A stretch of DNA of 63,998 bases, the filler included, from Ionaspis alba (Eukaryota), in assembly GCA_964255285.1 (NCBI GenBank). It is 3 parts of 3 records of this genome, joined end to end, with 100 filler letters (N's around TTAATTAATTAA, not from the genome) between each part and the next. Parts side by side here need not be neighbours in the genome. Positions count along the whole stretch, not along the records: positions 1 to 23,335 come from CAXUUL010000186.1; 2 more parts are not named here. One strand, written 5' to 3'. Below the pieces are notes generated by a model. The model was not told the origin of the DNA and ran no database searches. It saw only the letters and a list, made by a program, of their open reading frames with translations. The position numbers were made by a program, and so were the translations under genes. Of this stretch, positions 1-14,000 are shown one piece after another (the first letter of the stretch is position 1; each line of letters opens with the position of its first letter).

Positions 1-135
1 CCCTTGAACCCTAAAATAAGGCTGGCCGGATGTGGAACATCAAAATCAAAGGACCGCATGCGAGATCGGGAAGCATTCCATTTGCTATCATAAGCAACTA
101 TAATTCGGTGAATGCTCCTTCTCCGAACCATAGAC

Positions 136-738
136 ATGTCTTCTTCCAGCACCCCCACAGTCCGCTACGCAACAGAAGAAGGTAATCTCCTAATTCTTCC
201 ATCTCACTGACAAGGACCATCACCAACCTCCACAACAACAGATGTCCCCACCATCCTCGCCTTAATCCACGAGCTCGCGATCTACGAAAAAGCCGCGTCT
301 TCCGTCCTCGCCACCGAATCCAGCCTCCTCTCTACTCTCTCCTTTCCATCAAACCCCAGCGCCGGGTACGCAAAGACCCTGCTCATCTTCCCTCCAGACT
401 CCACCAGCTGCGCCGGTATGGCGCTCTTCTTCCACAACTATTCTACCTGGCGCGCTGCACCAGGGATCTACCTAGAGGATCTATTTATACGGCCGGACTT
501 TCGGGGAAGAGGGTATGGAACAAGATTGCTGGGAGAGCTTGCGAGAGAAACGGAGAGGGTTGGTGGGAAGAGGCTGGAGTGGAGCGTGCTCAAGTGGAAC
601 GAGCCAAGTTTGAAGTTCTACGAGGCATTGGGGGCGGTGAGGATGGAGGAGTGGGTAGGCATGAGGTGTGAAGGGGACGTTATAACTAAAATGGCGGGGA
701 TGGGAAAGGGCGTGGAAGGGGTAGAGAAAAGGCCTTAG
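136..738 (+). CDS. GNAT family N-acetyltransferase (diamine/spermidine acetyltransferase, Ats1-like)
   Basis: ATG at 136 (MSSSSTPTVRYATEE), intron 182-241 (GTAATC...CAG), then DVPTILALIHELAIYEK...NYSTWRAAPGIYLEDLFIRPDFRGRGYG (acetyl-CoA motif)...WSVLKWNEPSLKFYEALGA, typical of SSAT-like GNATs. Confidence 0.9.
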
Positions 739-835
739 AGAGTCGGAGTCGCTGGATACGAGAGGACAGAGTGTACATATTGCATGGCACTATACATAGA
801 AAGAGCATGTCAGAGCCAACTCGTGGGTTTGAGGA

Positions 836-2721
836 TCACGCTGATGTGATTCGTCTCTTCAGCATTCCGCAGAAGCTTTCGAAGAGCACGCTATCATGCC
901 CTATGAGCCAGCGGACGTGGGCCTCTACTCCTACACCGGAGCTTTCCGTTCGCAGAGTGACCTTGAATCCCAGTGCCGGTTCTAAATCTTCGTCCTCGTC
1001 TTCATCCATTGAGTCATGATTGCCATGATCATTTATCATTGTGGCAGTAATTTCCTTCTTCTCCTTACTTCTCCTTGCAGACCGAGACCACACGTTCTCT
1101 TTGGCAAAGCCTACGCCCGTCGTAATTGCCGGCCGGTAGTGCCACCGAATGTTGAGCGAATGAATGATCTCGTCCAGCCGCTTGCCAATATCTTCGAGTG
1201 TGAAATTGAGAACCGGAAACGTGTACTCTGATGGGAAGGGAAGGAAATTCTTGGGAAGATGGTGAATCCCTCTTGCTACCTCCTCCATGGAAATCTCGGG
1301 TCAGCATCTGGTCTCTGGCACTACATTCTACTCACCATTACAGGTCTCCGATTTCCCCAGCTCCAAGCCACACCCCATCTCCTTGTCTTCTCGCCCTGCA
1401 CAAATTCCTTGACTGCCCAATTCCTCACTCCCATCCCCTTCAATTTCTCTGTGACCGTGTTTACGCTACTTAACTTTCCTAGCATACTTGAGTACCACTG
1501 CACTCTTTCTTTCAAGGCCAAGCTCTCCTCGATCATCCGAGACACAAAGGTCACTTCTCCGCCCGGGGTCACCATCTCAACTTCTGCGCCTGTACAGGCT
1601 GAATGGGGAGGACGCGCCTTCTGGGCGGCGGAGCTGAGAAGATCGTCGGCAGATGCGTAGAAGGGAGGGTTGCACATTGTGAAATCGATACTATTGATAT
1701 AGATCATTGGTACTTTTGGACGAGTTGGGTCAATTTAAATAGGGACATTTCATATACTGCACGCTTAAAATTGGAGTATAGAGTAGATCGTAGGCTGCTA
1801 AAGACGAGCAAAGAGGAGATGAGACCGTACCTGTCAAACCCCAGTGTATCTAGGGGAAGTAGCGCTCCTTCACCCTCTGTCTTCATCAGTCTCACTCTCT
1901 TCTCGAATCCATTCCTCCCAACGTTTGCCCTCGCAAATTGCAAGTTTTTCTCATCGACATCTGTCTTCTGCCCATCAGCAAACGACCTAACCCTCCTCAC
2001 AAGAAAGTCTAGGTTGCACAGACCGGTAGCACCAAACCTCCAACCTTGCCTCAATCGGCACCCCAACAGTGGGTATATACAACTAGCTCCTGTCCCTCTG
2101 CTCCAATGGTCAGCCTTGTTTCTCACATGATCTCGTTCCCTGCTCTATTTCCCCCTTCTGTCTCATATTGGTGGAGAGCGAGGTAGCACTACATATCCAA
2201 TCCCACAACTTGTCGTCCTTCATCATACTTGTCACTGTAGCTGTCACTTGTAGTGTCGAGCAGATCCTGAATCCATAGAATGTAGTTCAACCTATCTTAT
2301 TAGCATCATGATCCAATATTATAGACTAGCATACCTGTTCGGCACCTACACACCACCCTTGCAATCAGCTACACCAAAGTCCTTTTGCAGTATTCAGAGC
2401 GTGCAAAGCGTACAGGAGGACATAATCGATCGTCGGGCAATTCGAGCTGGAGTCCGAAATCACGGTCGAGCAAGCTGATGGTCAACTGCCTGGATTCATA
2501 TCAGCCCAGCCTTCATATCGAAAACGCTCCAGCAAGCCATACTTCACGGCCTCTGGATTGCTAAAATCGAGCTGGCCATTCGGTTTCAAACTGGCAGGAA
2601 TAAGAATTGGAGCTAGGCATTTAGTGTGAAGAAGAGAAATCTACTATTTGTTGAAGGCAGGAGATTGAAGGGCAAGGGTAGCGAAATCAATGGTGGCTTC
2701 GTATGGATTGCGAGGGTTCAT
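836..2721 (-). CDS. METTL16/RlmF-family RNA N6-adenosine methyltransferase (U6 snRNA methyltransferase-like), multi-exon
   Basis: Spliced translation MNPRNPY...DFATLA...[31 protein letters not shown]...GTGASCIYPLLG (SAM motif)...DFTMCNPPFY (catalytic NPPF)...GGEVTFV...WYSSMLGKLSS...QGEKTRRWGVAWSW. Confidence 0.92.
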
Positions 2722-3040
2722 GGTGGCGTGTGAGTTCTAAGCGAAGATCAATTTAGAGTGAAGCAGAGGAGGAGAGGAGTATGTTGAAAGGATATGTAGT
2801 AGTAGTGTGGTTGAATTAGAGTGGTTAAGTAAGGCAGAGCAGACGCTTATGAGAATTATGCAAATCTTGGATCATTGCTTGCTACGTTGTAGACTATATG
2901 CGCTTCTCAAATACAGTGTAACCTAGGAATTTGACCATACCGATGGAGTGGCTCATTGCGTCCTATTCATCTCACAGATAGTATTCCCACCAGCGTGAAA
3001 GCCCTGCAACAGCCAAGACAAATATATCTCAAGCTCACTC

Positions 3041-5365
3041 TCACAGCGACATGCATACCGCTCCGTAGTGCAGAGTCGTTGGCACAGTGCAGATGCGCAC
3101 TGCCAGGTCTTGCATCGTGGCAAAACTCGTCCTGTGTCCATATATTGATGTATGCATCCACGATCTCTGGTCTAAGACCTTTTTGTTCAACATACTACCT
3201 GAGACAATGTCAAGAGACTGACTGGGCCCTTTTTTGCTAATTTTCTTTTCTTCTTCTACGCTGCTATTCCAGAACTCCTGGGCTCGTTCGATACACACGT
3301 CTGAGCCAAACATCAAAAACACCTCGGCACAGGCGGAGGCTTCCTTCCATGAGCAGAGAAGAAGATGGGTGCAAACTTTTCGCAGGAAGGCGCGGAACCA
3401 AATGGAGGATTCACCTTCGGCAAACGTGCCAGCCAGTAGTGAGATCCAGAGACAGAACTCCGGTATGATCGTGAGAAGGAAGGAGGTATCGAGTTCTAGC
3501 AGTCTCAGATGTATTAGACACGCTAGCTGCACAGCCAAATCGTCACGTTCATTGTCAAAAGGTTGAACATCGACATATGTGTATAGAACGACTCCCAGTC
3601 GACAGCAACTCTCAAGCTCCGTGGATCCATAGTTGCGCATGGTGAATAGCTGGCATCCGCAATACCAGAGTCCTTTGATGAAAAGCTGTGTCTGTGGAAG
3701 GGAAAGCTGATTCTTCCGGGCTTGTCGCGACAGGGCCGTCACTGCACATACCGTATCAATAGCTGCTAGTAGTTTTTGTGATATGAAATGTGCTTCTCGC
3801 AATTCTGCAAACCCTGCTCCTCTGGTATGTCCATCCATATATCTGCATTCTTGCAGTTTGGCGGGCGAAGGCTGCATGAACACCGACACTGGGAAGACGG
3901 GCACTGGAAGCTCAGGTATCTGGCACTTTGCTTGTATACAGACCTGGACATGAATGCATCGCTCCAGACCATAGCTGTGAGAATTAGGCATGAAAGATCT
4001 GATAGTATCAAAGGCTTTCTTACAATGGCCAGCCTGCAATAGCAGCCCCTAATTGAGGATGAAGCTTGTATAAGCTCCCTTGCAATTTAATGAGAGCCGT
4101 GAGGCCTAGGAAGTGGTGCGGGAGTGCTTCGTAATCGCCTAGATGCGCCTATCATCACTGTCAGTCTCACTTTACGGCACACTGATCCCAGAAGGACAGG
4201 GAGCGAACGACACATGCTAATCAGGGAGTCTTGGGAAAGAAAACCACAGTAGTGATAGCCAACAAGACCAAAAATTCAAATTTGGAGAAGGAGTACAAGA
4301 TGTGATACGACTGTGGCTAGTAGATGATACAAGCTGAAGCAAATGATCAGGCTAGTGCGCGAAAACTTTTGACTGCAAGAATCTAAAACTTACTGCCGTC
4401 GACATGAATAAGAGCACAGGATGACATAGCCATCCTTTGTCAAGACCAGATGTTCCATTGGCGATTTCCTCATTGACGGTTCGAACAGCGCGATCATAAA
4501 GTTTTCGAACAACATATTCTTCTCGCAAACCACCTTTCGAAACCTGTATTCCAACCATCAGACCTAGACCCCATCAGCGATGCCTTCCAGGGAGTGAAAG
4601 TTGAGACAAGATACCCTGAAGCAATACGTCGGAAGACATTAGTAAAGGAATCCAGACCTCCTTTCTCAGTCTTTGGAAAAGACCCTGAAGTGCTTGCGGC
4701 AGGGTAAATGCATTGACGTCTGGAATTTGAACACATTAGCCACCACTGAGGAGGAAAGGCTCAGGGAACGGACTAAGTAGCCATTGTTGGCAAAGTTTGT
4801 GCTGTACACATTATACATCAATGAATTCGATAGTTGGAAAACACTTACAGTAACGAAGCAAGTGGTGTCCCAAAGCTCCCGGCTTGATCGGTAGGGCATC
4901 GAAAGGATCAATGCCGAAAGCGCTAAGGAGATCAACAGGATTGGGGGAGTGTGTACCAGTCATGGATGTCATTGATTGACTCTGTTCGTTGCTCTCCTCA
5001 CTACGACGAAGAATTTCCATCTGGCCAGTTTCATATTGGTCGTGTTCATCAAATGGTTTCGAGGCGCTATAGAGTATCGGATCAACCAGTTCGTCCCTGG
5101 TTTCTCTCCCAGAGCTGTGAGGCTGGTCGGGACATGAGAAGTCACCTCGCTTGGCTTTCTTTACATACTGCCGCATAACAAATTTCCTCACAATCTGTTT
5201 GTTATTCTTCTCCTTGATCTCGGCAGGGTTCGAGAAGTTCATAAACAATAGGCCATCTGCTTTCCTGCCGTCGTCTTCGTGCCATTTTAATGGTAAAGAG
5301 CCATCTTGAGTTGCTGTTGGACGTATTTGAAGGCTCTGCTTCGGTCGAGTCGGGTGATTGGCCAT
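3041..5365 (-). CDS. Fungal-specific transcription-factor-like protein (Fungal_trans_2-like region; no Zn2Cys6 cluster seen), multi-exon
   Basis: N-terminal FMNFSNP...IVRKFVMRQY motif, DPFDALPI motif, YDRAVRTVNEEI and HHFLGLTALIKLQG segments, and C-terminal LWISLLAG...WF...L.L.SW are typical of this family. Exon structure is only partly resolved. Confidence 0.65.
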
Positions 5366-6581
5366 AGCTCTGCTTTTGACGCTAAGGCGGATGCTGCGGC
5401 CTGGATTCGGATAACCCTATGCTTGACCTGTCACACGGGCGATTGCTTCATGGAGAAGAAAAGCGCTGAAGAGTTAAGTCGAAGGATCTGATCTTTGTGG
5501 TATCTCAAGGAAATCAGGGTCCTCGGCCACAGCATATGCCAAGAACCCGGTAAGGATCGTGGGCATGACCAATCAGGATAATGGGGGTCAGCAATGAATT
5601 CGTTCTCCTCCACCAGCCTTGCCTTGCCGCATACATACGATATAGTACATACAAAGAGCAAAGGATACATGCTGCGCAAAGAAGGAGCGGTCAACACGTG
5701 GCGTCTGGAATGCATGACTGTCCAGATCATGCAGATCATGGAAATCGGGGATAAGTATGTGAAAATTGTGATGCGAGCAATAGAGACGTTCAGCAGCCAA
5801 ATTGATTGGCTGCTGAACGTTTCTACTGTGACTCTTCACGGCATCTGTACACCATGATTACTAATCGCCTGCAGATGTGTAGACTCCACCAAGACTTTCA
5901 TGCCGCACTCTTGCGACATTGCCGACGTCTGTCATTTGTAAATGGTCGACACTACTCAGCCCTCTATCCAGGTAGACAAGAGGTGAGGCTGTTGAGTCTA
6001 GCGGCCATCTTAGGATGCGAAAAACCTTCAGCGTGAGCAAGGAAGTCCTTGTTTACAAGTACGGATTATTGTCCCACCGTGCACTCGCTCGCTAATCTTA
6101 AATCCTGAGTCCATCGACCCGCCTGACCGGCGAACTAATTCACGTTCAAGTGAGCTAAGCTTCCGCTGAAATGGCTTCTGTTTAGCCAGAACAGGTCATG
6201 ACTTAGGGGTATGATTCGAGGACCAGATCGATCCACGAACCCATAGAACAGGGGCGAACTCAAGGTAGGAATATGTTAGTATGAGTCCCCAGAAGCCCGT
6301 CCTCTGAGACGGTCAAAAGACTGTCACCACGCTAGTGGCGGTGGCTTCTGCCACAAGTCGCTTGTTCACCATAAAATTGTGTAGTGGCTTCCCAAGGCTT
6401 GAATAACGACTGGCTATCCCTAATCCTCAACCAACGTAAACATCTAAAACCGATCTGCTCAAATTGTCTGCAAAAGGTGTCTCGCACAGCCATCACCACT
6501 TGACTCAGATCACTATATACATGACCACACCCAGCCAATTCATATAGCAGAAAGAATCCCTAGACTACCAAGATCCCCTGA

Positions 6582-8612
6582 CTAGACCTTCTCAACAGGC
6601 CTGGCATGTCCTTTCTCGACTCCATGCCCATCGTCGCTCGAATCCTGGTCCCTATGATACTCCCCTCCTACGTGAGCTGCAGCCATGGCCTCCCTTCCAG
6701 CGGCATCGGTCATGTCGTTGTCGTAAGCAACACCGAATTTTCGGCCGAGGTATTCGGGGCCTAAGAAGGTGAGGATGATTACATAGGTGTAAACTATGCT
6801 ACGTGTCAACTGTTGTATTCCAACATGGGGATTAGAGAACGACTCACCACAAGCCATGAAGATACAAATAACAAGACCATACTGATAGCGCTTCGTATTG
6901 CCCTTAGGAGGCAGCGGATAGCGCTCACCGATGCGGGCTTCGATCGTCGAACTAGCGGAGGAGATCAAGTTTCCGAGTTGGTAGGTGGTTCCTACGACGA
7001 AGGTCCTGAAGGAGCCAGGGGAGAGTTCCATAAGATGGATTGGGATGACACCCCTTTCGGTATGTGTTAGCCCTAATCCGATAAACAAGGGTTGAAAGAG
7101 CCTTACCATGCGCCTTGTACGCAGAACTGTTCGAAAAAGGCAGCTGCGATGACGGCACTGCTTCCTGTGAAGCTGTAAGGGTAAAGGAGTAACCCGCCGA
7201 CGATAGAGACTATGATGATTGAGAATCGTCGTCCAAACGATTGGGATGCTGAATTTTTATGTCAGTGTTTACATCCAAAGGTTCTTCCTTATTCAGCGGC
7301 CCTCACAGTATCCAATACTAGGTTTTAAGTTAGAATTCGCTCAACAATGCTGATGAGTCATTGAACATACGTAGTTCCTCCTGCCATCGCCCCCAAATTC
7401 GCAACCACTTGCGTAACAGTCACGGCGTTTGGTGAGAAATTGTATTGATTCTGAAGCATGGTAGGATAGAGATCCTGTTCCGTCGATTAGATTGCCAAGA
7501 CTTCGAATGGACAGTCGCTGCTCTCACCTGAGAACCATGGGACTATCGAGGGGGAGTTAGCGAATAACGTTCTTTCCAGTGCTTGACGGGCGTGTACCTA
7601 CCATAAAATTGAAGCCTGCCATCAAAAGCACCTATGAGTGGTCAGAATTGGGACCAGCTGCCTCCTTTACAAAGCTTACCATGTAAGTCAATAGTTTCCA
7701 GTGCTTCTTCAATGCAATCCTTCCCTCAGAAATAAACGTGCTTGTCAAATGTCCAGTAGCATGGCGAACCTCGGCGCGCTCAATGAAAGCCTTGGTCTCA
7801 GGCAGACACAAACGGAATGCAATGAGGAGAACCGGTGGGCAGGCAGCAAACCAGTAGAAGGGTCTCCATCCATGAGAAGTAGTGTCAACAAGTGCTCGGG
7901 CGAAGACAGTCGCGAGGAGATATCCAAAGGCATATCCTTGTTGTAGCATGCCTGAGAGTATACCACGGGCTGCTTCGGGGCAGTCTTCTAGAGCAGTTGC
8001 TGCGGCGTTGCCGTACAATCCACCCATGGCAATACCGAATAGAGCTCGCACGGCCAAGAATTGGTTGTAGGTGTTGCAAAATCCGGTGCCCAGTTCGAGG
8101 ACAATGAAGAGGATGTTGTTGACCACGAAAGGCCATTTACGGCCGTATCTGTCTGACGCAATTCCTGGAATATAGTATTAGCAGGGCGAGTTCTTAGATA
8201 TCTCTAATGCCAATTCAACAATGCGGATGGCTTATCACATACCAAAGATAATACTGCCCACACTCCGGAACATAAGAACAAGGGTAATGCCCCAAGTGAT
8301 ATCAGCGACTGTAATTTCTTGCCCCTCACTCGTGAATTGGTCCGCAAGCTGTCTCGTCGTAAGAGAAACGGTGAAGAAATCCACCGCATCCCACGTCCAT
8401 CCCAAGAAACCAACGAGGAAGAACATCCATTGCTGAGTATTAAGCAAGCGCAACAACGAAATAGGGTTTGGTATCTTATTCATCGGCGGCTTCAACGTCG
8501 GCAACCTCGTCGCCAAATATCGACCCGCCGACATCTCTTCAGGGGCCGCATACATGGTCGTCTCGTGGCCAGGTTTCTCTGCGTGGTAACCAGTTTTCTC
8601 GTGGTAAGCCAT
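6582..8612 (-). CDS. JEN1: Jen1-like carboxylic acid (lactate/pyruvate) MFS transporter, multi-exon
   Basis: GWTWDAVDFF, ITWGITLVLMFRSVG, DRYGRKWPF, GIAMGGLYGNAAATALED, SGMLQQGYAFGYLLA, NFMSHGSQDLYPT (Jen1 signature) and WGVIPIHLMELSP. Confidence 0.93.
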
Positions 8613-11051
8613 CTTGAGGAGCGAATTGCTGGCACGCGATCAGGAGGATTCGAAAACGAAAGGATGCAAGATTCCGAAATCTAGGACCGGCGCAAGGGTT
8701 CTTTTGAACGAGGCATCTCGTAATGCGGGGTTCCCGAGCAAGGTCTCTAGCTTGGTCGTACGGGATGCACTTTTCGGGAAAGACGGAACTCCTTCGCTTT
8801 GCAAACTCTCCACTCGCGGTCCGTTATTCCCCAGACGTTCAACGTTAAAGTTGTTGGTGCTAGACTACTGTCGGTATGTGATCTTCTAGCTTCGGGTAAC
8901 GTTCCTTGGCTTTGGTAATGGTTCTGGCCGGCATCGATCGATTGCTTCGCTTGCCACATGGCTGGAGGGAAGTGAAGGTGTCCAATTATTGTCTTCTAGA
9001 TATCACTGCCAGAGTAACTACTCTCGTGGTATAGGGTTACCGGGTGATTGCCGGGTGGAACCGCTGAACTTAATGGACATGCCCAGAGTCCTTCTCGGTC
9101 CTTTGGGATGCACTTCTTTGGGAATGTCGATGAGATATGTCCCTGCATAAGAATCGGCCTTGGAAGACAGCTCGATTGTGGTGTATGGAAGCAGTCTAGG
9201 AATTGGGGGTCCACTACCTGGAGGAGCCTGGACGAAGGCTACCCGAACCTTTACGACAATTATATGATCGCGGGTCAATGTTATAATACTGGGTTGTTGT
9301 TGATAGGCCTTGGCTCGACCTGGCCCACATAATTAGGAGGCCTTTGCATGTTTATTGACTATTTCCTCCGCCGTCACCCGAAGCAATTTGAGACTCCTGA
9401 ACATGTCTTTTTTGATTGCGATCTTCTACTCATAGCTGTTGCGGTGCCATTCTTGTGCTTGACGTTCAATATTTCTAGTCTCGATGATCGCGCCACCTCA
9501 TAGGCCAAGCCGGCCGAGTATTGCCACAGCGGCACACTGAATACTTCTACCTCCTAAACAGACTTGGCTCTTCAGCCCTCGATCACGCTACAGAACTCAT
9601 GGTTCGCGCCAGTCTAACCGTTTCTCTTGACAAGTCTCGGCACAGGCTAAAACACATCCACTGACACTTCGTGCTTAAATGACTACGAGTCATGAAGTTC
9701 TGCAACTTGTCATAGACTTTCGTTTGGGTCTGGTTTCCGAGGTCAGCGGAGTCAACTACTTGAGACAATTGACGAAGCTCGATTATGATCGGGATGTCTA
9801 TATCCGTCGCTTTTTGCACATCAATCGGGGTTTTCTATTTTCAACCGGAGACCGAAGAGGACTATTGTTACCTCCCACGATAGGGGTAATCACCAGTGTC
9901 ACCTACCAACCTCTAATTTCAGAGTACAGCAAGCCTCAAGCACAGTGTCGAGCTCCTCTAATCAATTCACTGGATTTTTGTCGGAATCCGGATGAGGCGT
10001 GCCGTTCATAGTCAAACCACCAACCTGTCATGTCAAGAAAGCCGGCCGCGGGGCCACAAACGGCTGTCCGAAGCCCCCAAAGATAAGGTAAGTACGGGAC
10101 ACGACGAAAAAGAATGGTGAATTTGTTCTTGGCGCTAGTAATGATTACCTGCATATCACCCTACCAATTCAGTAGCCGCATGAAATTCGTCTCAAAAGGA
10201 TTGTAACCAGCCGAACGGGCGTCCCAATTCATCGTGAAGAAACATGGGGATGCAGAAATCACTTTCCTTCTCAGTCGAAAGGGGTTCGCTTAACAACGCG
10301 GCTCGTGGTGTAATGCGAGTTTAATTGCACTAGCTCTAGAACCCAAGCACGGATTTCCACTCCCTTCCAAATCCTCCATCCTTCTGTCCCGACACATGGC
10401 TCGGGTCGTACGAACCCATTTGGAGCGTTCCTATTGGCGACCCGATCATTGCTCAAAGACGTAATGCAGGTACAAGAGGAGATTAGCGAGGCTTAGTGAT
10501 ATGCGGGCCGTCGCGTTGGGTAGGGTTTTGCTATGATTATCAGCTGTTCCATGGCGGTGGCGTCGGCTCCCGGTACTATGCACGCAGAGAATTTACGTGA
10601 AGACCGAAACTCCTGTCTTTCTTCTTTCAGCGAACCCGGAGCTTCTGGCTGCTCATCGTTGTGTAAGATGACTCGCGATGCTGTGATACATTGGGTTAGT
10701 CCCATGCGGTCTCGGGTTGGCAGTTCTTGGATATGCATTCTCCCCTGGAGCTCATCATTGAATTGGCAGTGTCTGAGCCGCAGAAATGGCTTCAACCCCA
10801 AAGTGGCTCTTGCTGTCGATTTCTCTGGGTCAAGAGCAACCCTCCCGTATTTCGATATTGATCTCCTGCATGCCTTATCTATCTCTGTCTGTCATTTCTT
10901 GTTGATAATCCCCACGTTCTCTCTTGATATCCCCCACAGTCGTTCATTCAGTCTTACAGTCCTGTTGTAAAGTTAATCTTTGTACATCTTTTGCTCGCTA
11001 GACCAGAGCATAGCTCAGGGTCATCCACTCTTTTACGTCGAACCCAGCATC

Positions 11052-14000
11052 ATGGCCATTCTTCAGCCTTTCGTTACAATGTTGACATTCTTTTTAACCT
11101 TGATTTCTCTTGCTTGGGCAGGTAAGCTGAGCCCAACAGACACTATCACATGGGGCGGAGACAACTCTCGTTCTGGATACCAACCTACACACAATATGGA
11201 TCCCGCTGTGATTGGCAGTCCCTCATTTGGTCAGATCTTCCAGACTCTCCTTCCAGGAAACTATGGCGGTAACTTGGAACAAATCTTCAGCCAACCTCTC
11301 GTTTATACCCTCGATGATGGAGTACAGTATGTCTTTGTTGCTACGACCCAGAACAACGTTTACAAGATCAATGCAAAGACCGGCGCGATCGTTCTGAGTA
11401 GGAATCTACACATTCCTTTCCTTCAATCTGAGCTGGGAAGCTGTACGGACATTAGTCCTGTCATTGGAGTCACTGTGAGTGTTTCTGATCAACGATGAGT
11501 GGATAAGTCTAATGACACATCAATTAGGCTACTGGCGTTATTGACCCTTCGACCGACACCTGGTACCTCACCGCTAAGACATATCTCGATCAGACCGATA
11601 AAATCAAGGGCCGGGATAATGGCAGATACTACTTCCACGCCATCGATGTCAACACATTGGCTGAAAAACCTGGCTTTCCCAAGGACATGGAGGGTATACC
11701 ATCCCGTAATACCAATGGGGCTAGGATCTTCCAGGGAGGTATTCACCACCAGCGACCTGCACTTCTACATTATGGTCAATACATCTACGCTGGTTTCGCA
11801 TCGCATTGCGTGCAGTACAACTTCACCGGTTGGGTCCTGGGCTGGGACAAGACCACTGGAGCCAACGTCGAAGCCTTTGCGACAGAAGGTGGTCCCGAAT
11901 CAAACAGCATTGCAGGTGGAGGCGTCTGGATGTCAGGTGGTGGCATTGCTTCCGATGATAAGGGAAGTTTGTACTTCGCCTCTGGGAATGGGTATACCTC
12001 CCAGCTTCATGGAATCGCTGTCGCCGGACGCTCGCCTCCTTCTGCTCTTGAAGAGGCAGTAGGACATATGACCATTGCCGACGATGGAACGCTCAAGTTG
12101 GTGGACTTTTTCATGCCGTGGGAGAAGGAACAGCTTGATGGCGCTGACAAAGGTGAGTTACAAGCGAGTTTTCCGGATCACATGTTTTGTCGAGCGGTAG
12201 AAGCGTTCTTCCGCTCCGCCTTCCCTTGAGAATTTGGAACTACGGTTTGCATCTTACTGACTCGTGCATCTATAGATCTTGGTACATCACCTTTCGAGCT
12301 ACTCCCTCCTGATGTATTCACTTGTCCCAATGTCAAAAGACTGGGAGTCGTGACGGGAAAATCTGGCAAGACCTACTTCCTTGACATCGACAATCTCGGT
12401 GGATATCAGAACGGGCCAAACCACGGTGATGCTGTACCGCAGGTCACCCAGAACGAGAATTCTGTCTACTCTGGAGCTGGAGTGTACCCGGGAGAAGGTG
12501 GCTATGTGTATATCAACGTCATTCAGTTCCAGACGCACGTCTTCAAGTTCAGCTGCGACAGTAACGGCAACCCCGCTTTCACCAAGGTTGGAGACAGTCC
12601 GGAGAAGAATGCTTTTGTCGTTGGTGTGGGTCACTCCACCGTCTCCTCTCTCAACGGGGTGGCGGGTACCGGTCTTGTTTGGACTACAGACGTTGAGGGC
12701 TTTAACCTACGGATCTACAATGCTGTCCCTCAGAATGGAGCCCTATCGCTTCTCAACTCATTCGTCATTCCTGGAGTCACCAAGTTCAGTAGGCCAGTAT
12801 TTGGTGATGCCCGTGCCTATGTTGGAACTACTCAGGGTGCGCTTTACGGCTTTGGGTCACCGATCAATCTACCATTAAACTGCTCCTCTCCTTACGACTT
12901 TGGTACCCAGGTCATTGGAAACTCCTCTCAACCTCTCACCATTTCTTGTCAGGCAAACACATATACACAAGTCTCTGGGATTAGTCTTGTCGGAAACAAG
13001 AATTTTGGTCTATCAGGGTTGCCGTCAACTCCGTTTGACCTACCTGCCGGAGCAAATTTCTCCTTTCAGGCCGTCTTTACACCCATCCAGCCAGGGCCAT
13101 TGTCCAGTTCCGCCCTTGTCAATACAACTGCTGCAGGCTTTACGCCGACCACGCCTATCGCGCTCAAGGGAATAGCAGAGTCTCTCACACCCTTGCTTTC
13201 CGTCACGCCCAACACTCTCTCCTTCAGTGCGGTGATCACTGGGGAATCGCCTGGTGGAGTAAATGCATCGGCAGTGTTTTCAAACCTAGGTAACGGTGCA
13301 TTGAACATTACTTCGATCGACTTCTCCGTGGTCAAAGAAGGAGGCATGACAGTTACCCCGAACGTGACAGCCGCTGGCCTTCAGGTCGGTCCTTTCACCT
13401 TTATCGATCTTCCGAACACTATTGCTGGCAAATCGCAAGTGACGTTCGATGTCAACTTCAATCCTTCGACTAGTGGCAATTTTGCTGTCTATTGTACTAT
13501 TCACTCGAATGGTGGCACGAAGATCTTTGACGTGGTGGCGACTAGTGGTACCTACCCCGTTGCGCTTCTCGAATTTCAAGCAGCAGACGGGAGTGATAAA
13601 TGGATTCCATACTCGAATACTACTGCTTTTACCTTTGGGGATGTGTTGCAACAGCAGACTAAGGTCTTGAAGATGCGTCTCACAAACAAAGGAGATGCAA
13701 ATGCTGGTCGACTTTCGGTCACGGTCTCCAAGCCTCCATTTGGAGTTCAAGGAATCATCGGTGCCAAGAACAACATCGACCTTGCGGAGGGAACCTCGCT
13801 CGCTGTTGGAGAGTCTGCTACCGCGGATCTCTTCTGTTTCGTGCCCAAGTCACAAGTCAACGTCGATGCCTACAGGGGTAATACTAGCTGGACTATGAAC
13901 ACCGGCGATCCCAATAGCGGCAAGATGTTTATTCATTTCGATTGCAATGCCGTGTCTCAACAGACTCCTCCACTGGCTGCAAACGGCTCGGCTCTGTACC

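Noticed and set aside
4564..4614. Apparent in-frame TGA (4574-4576) in the transcription-factor-like gene, suggesting a pseudogene or an RNA-editing-corrected stop
   Set aside because: It lies inside a 51-nt intron (GTATCT...GCTGAT...TAG) whose removal gives a continuous VLLQGLMVGIQ.
8650..11000. Short ORFs and SYGGRG (CreA-like) hexamers between Jen1 and the WSC gene
   Set aside because: The ORFs show no domain features, and the hexamers are too frequent by chance to call from sequence alone.
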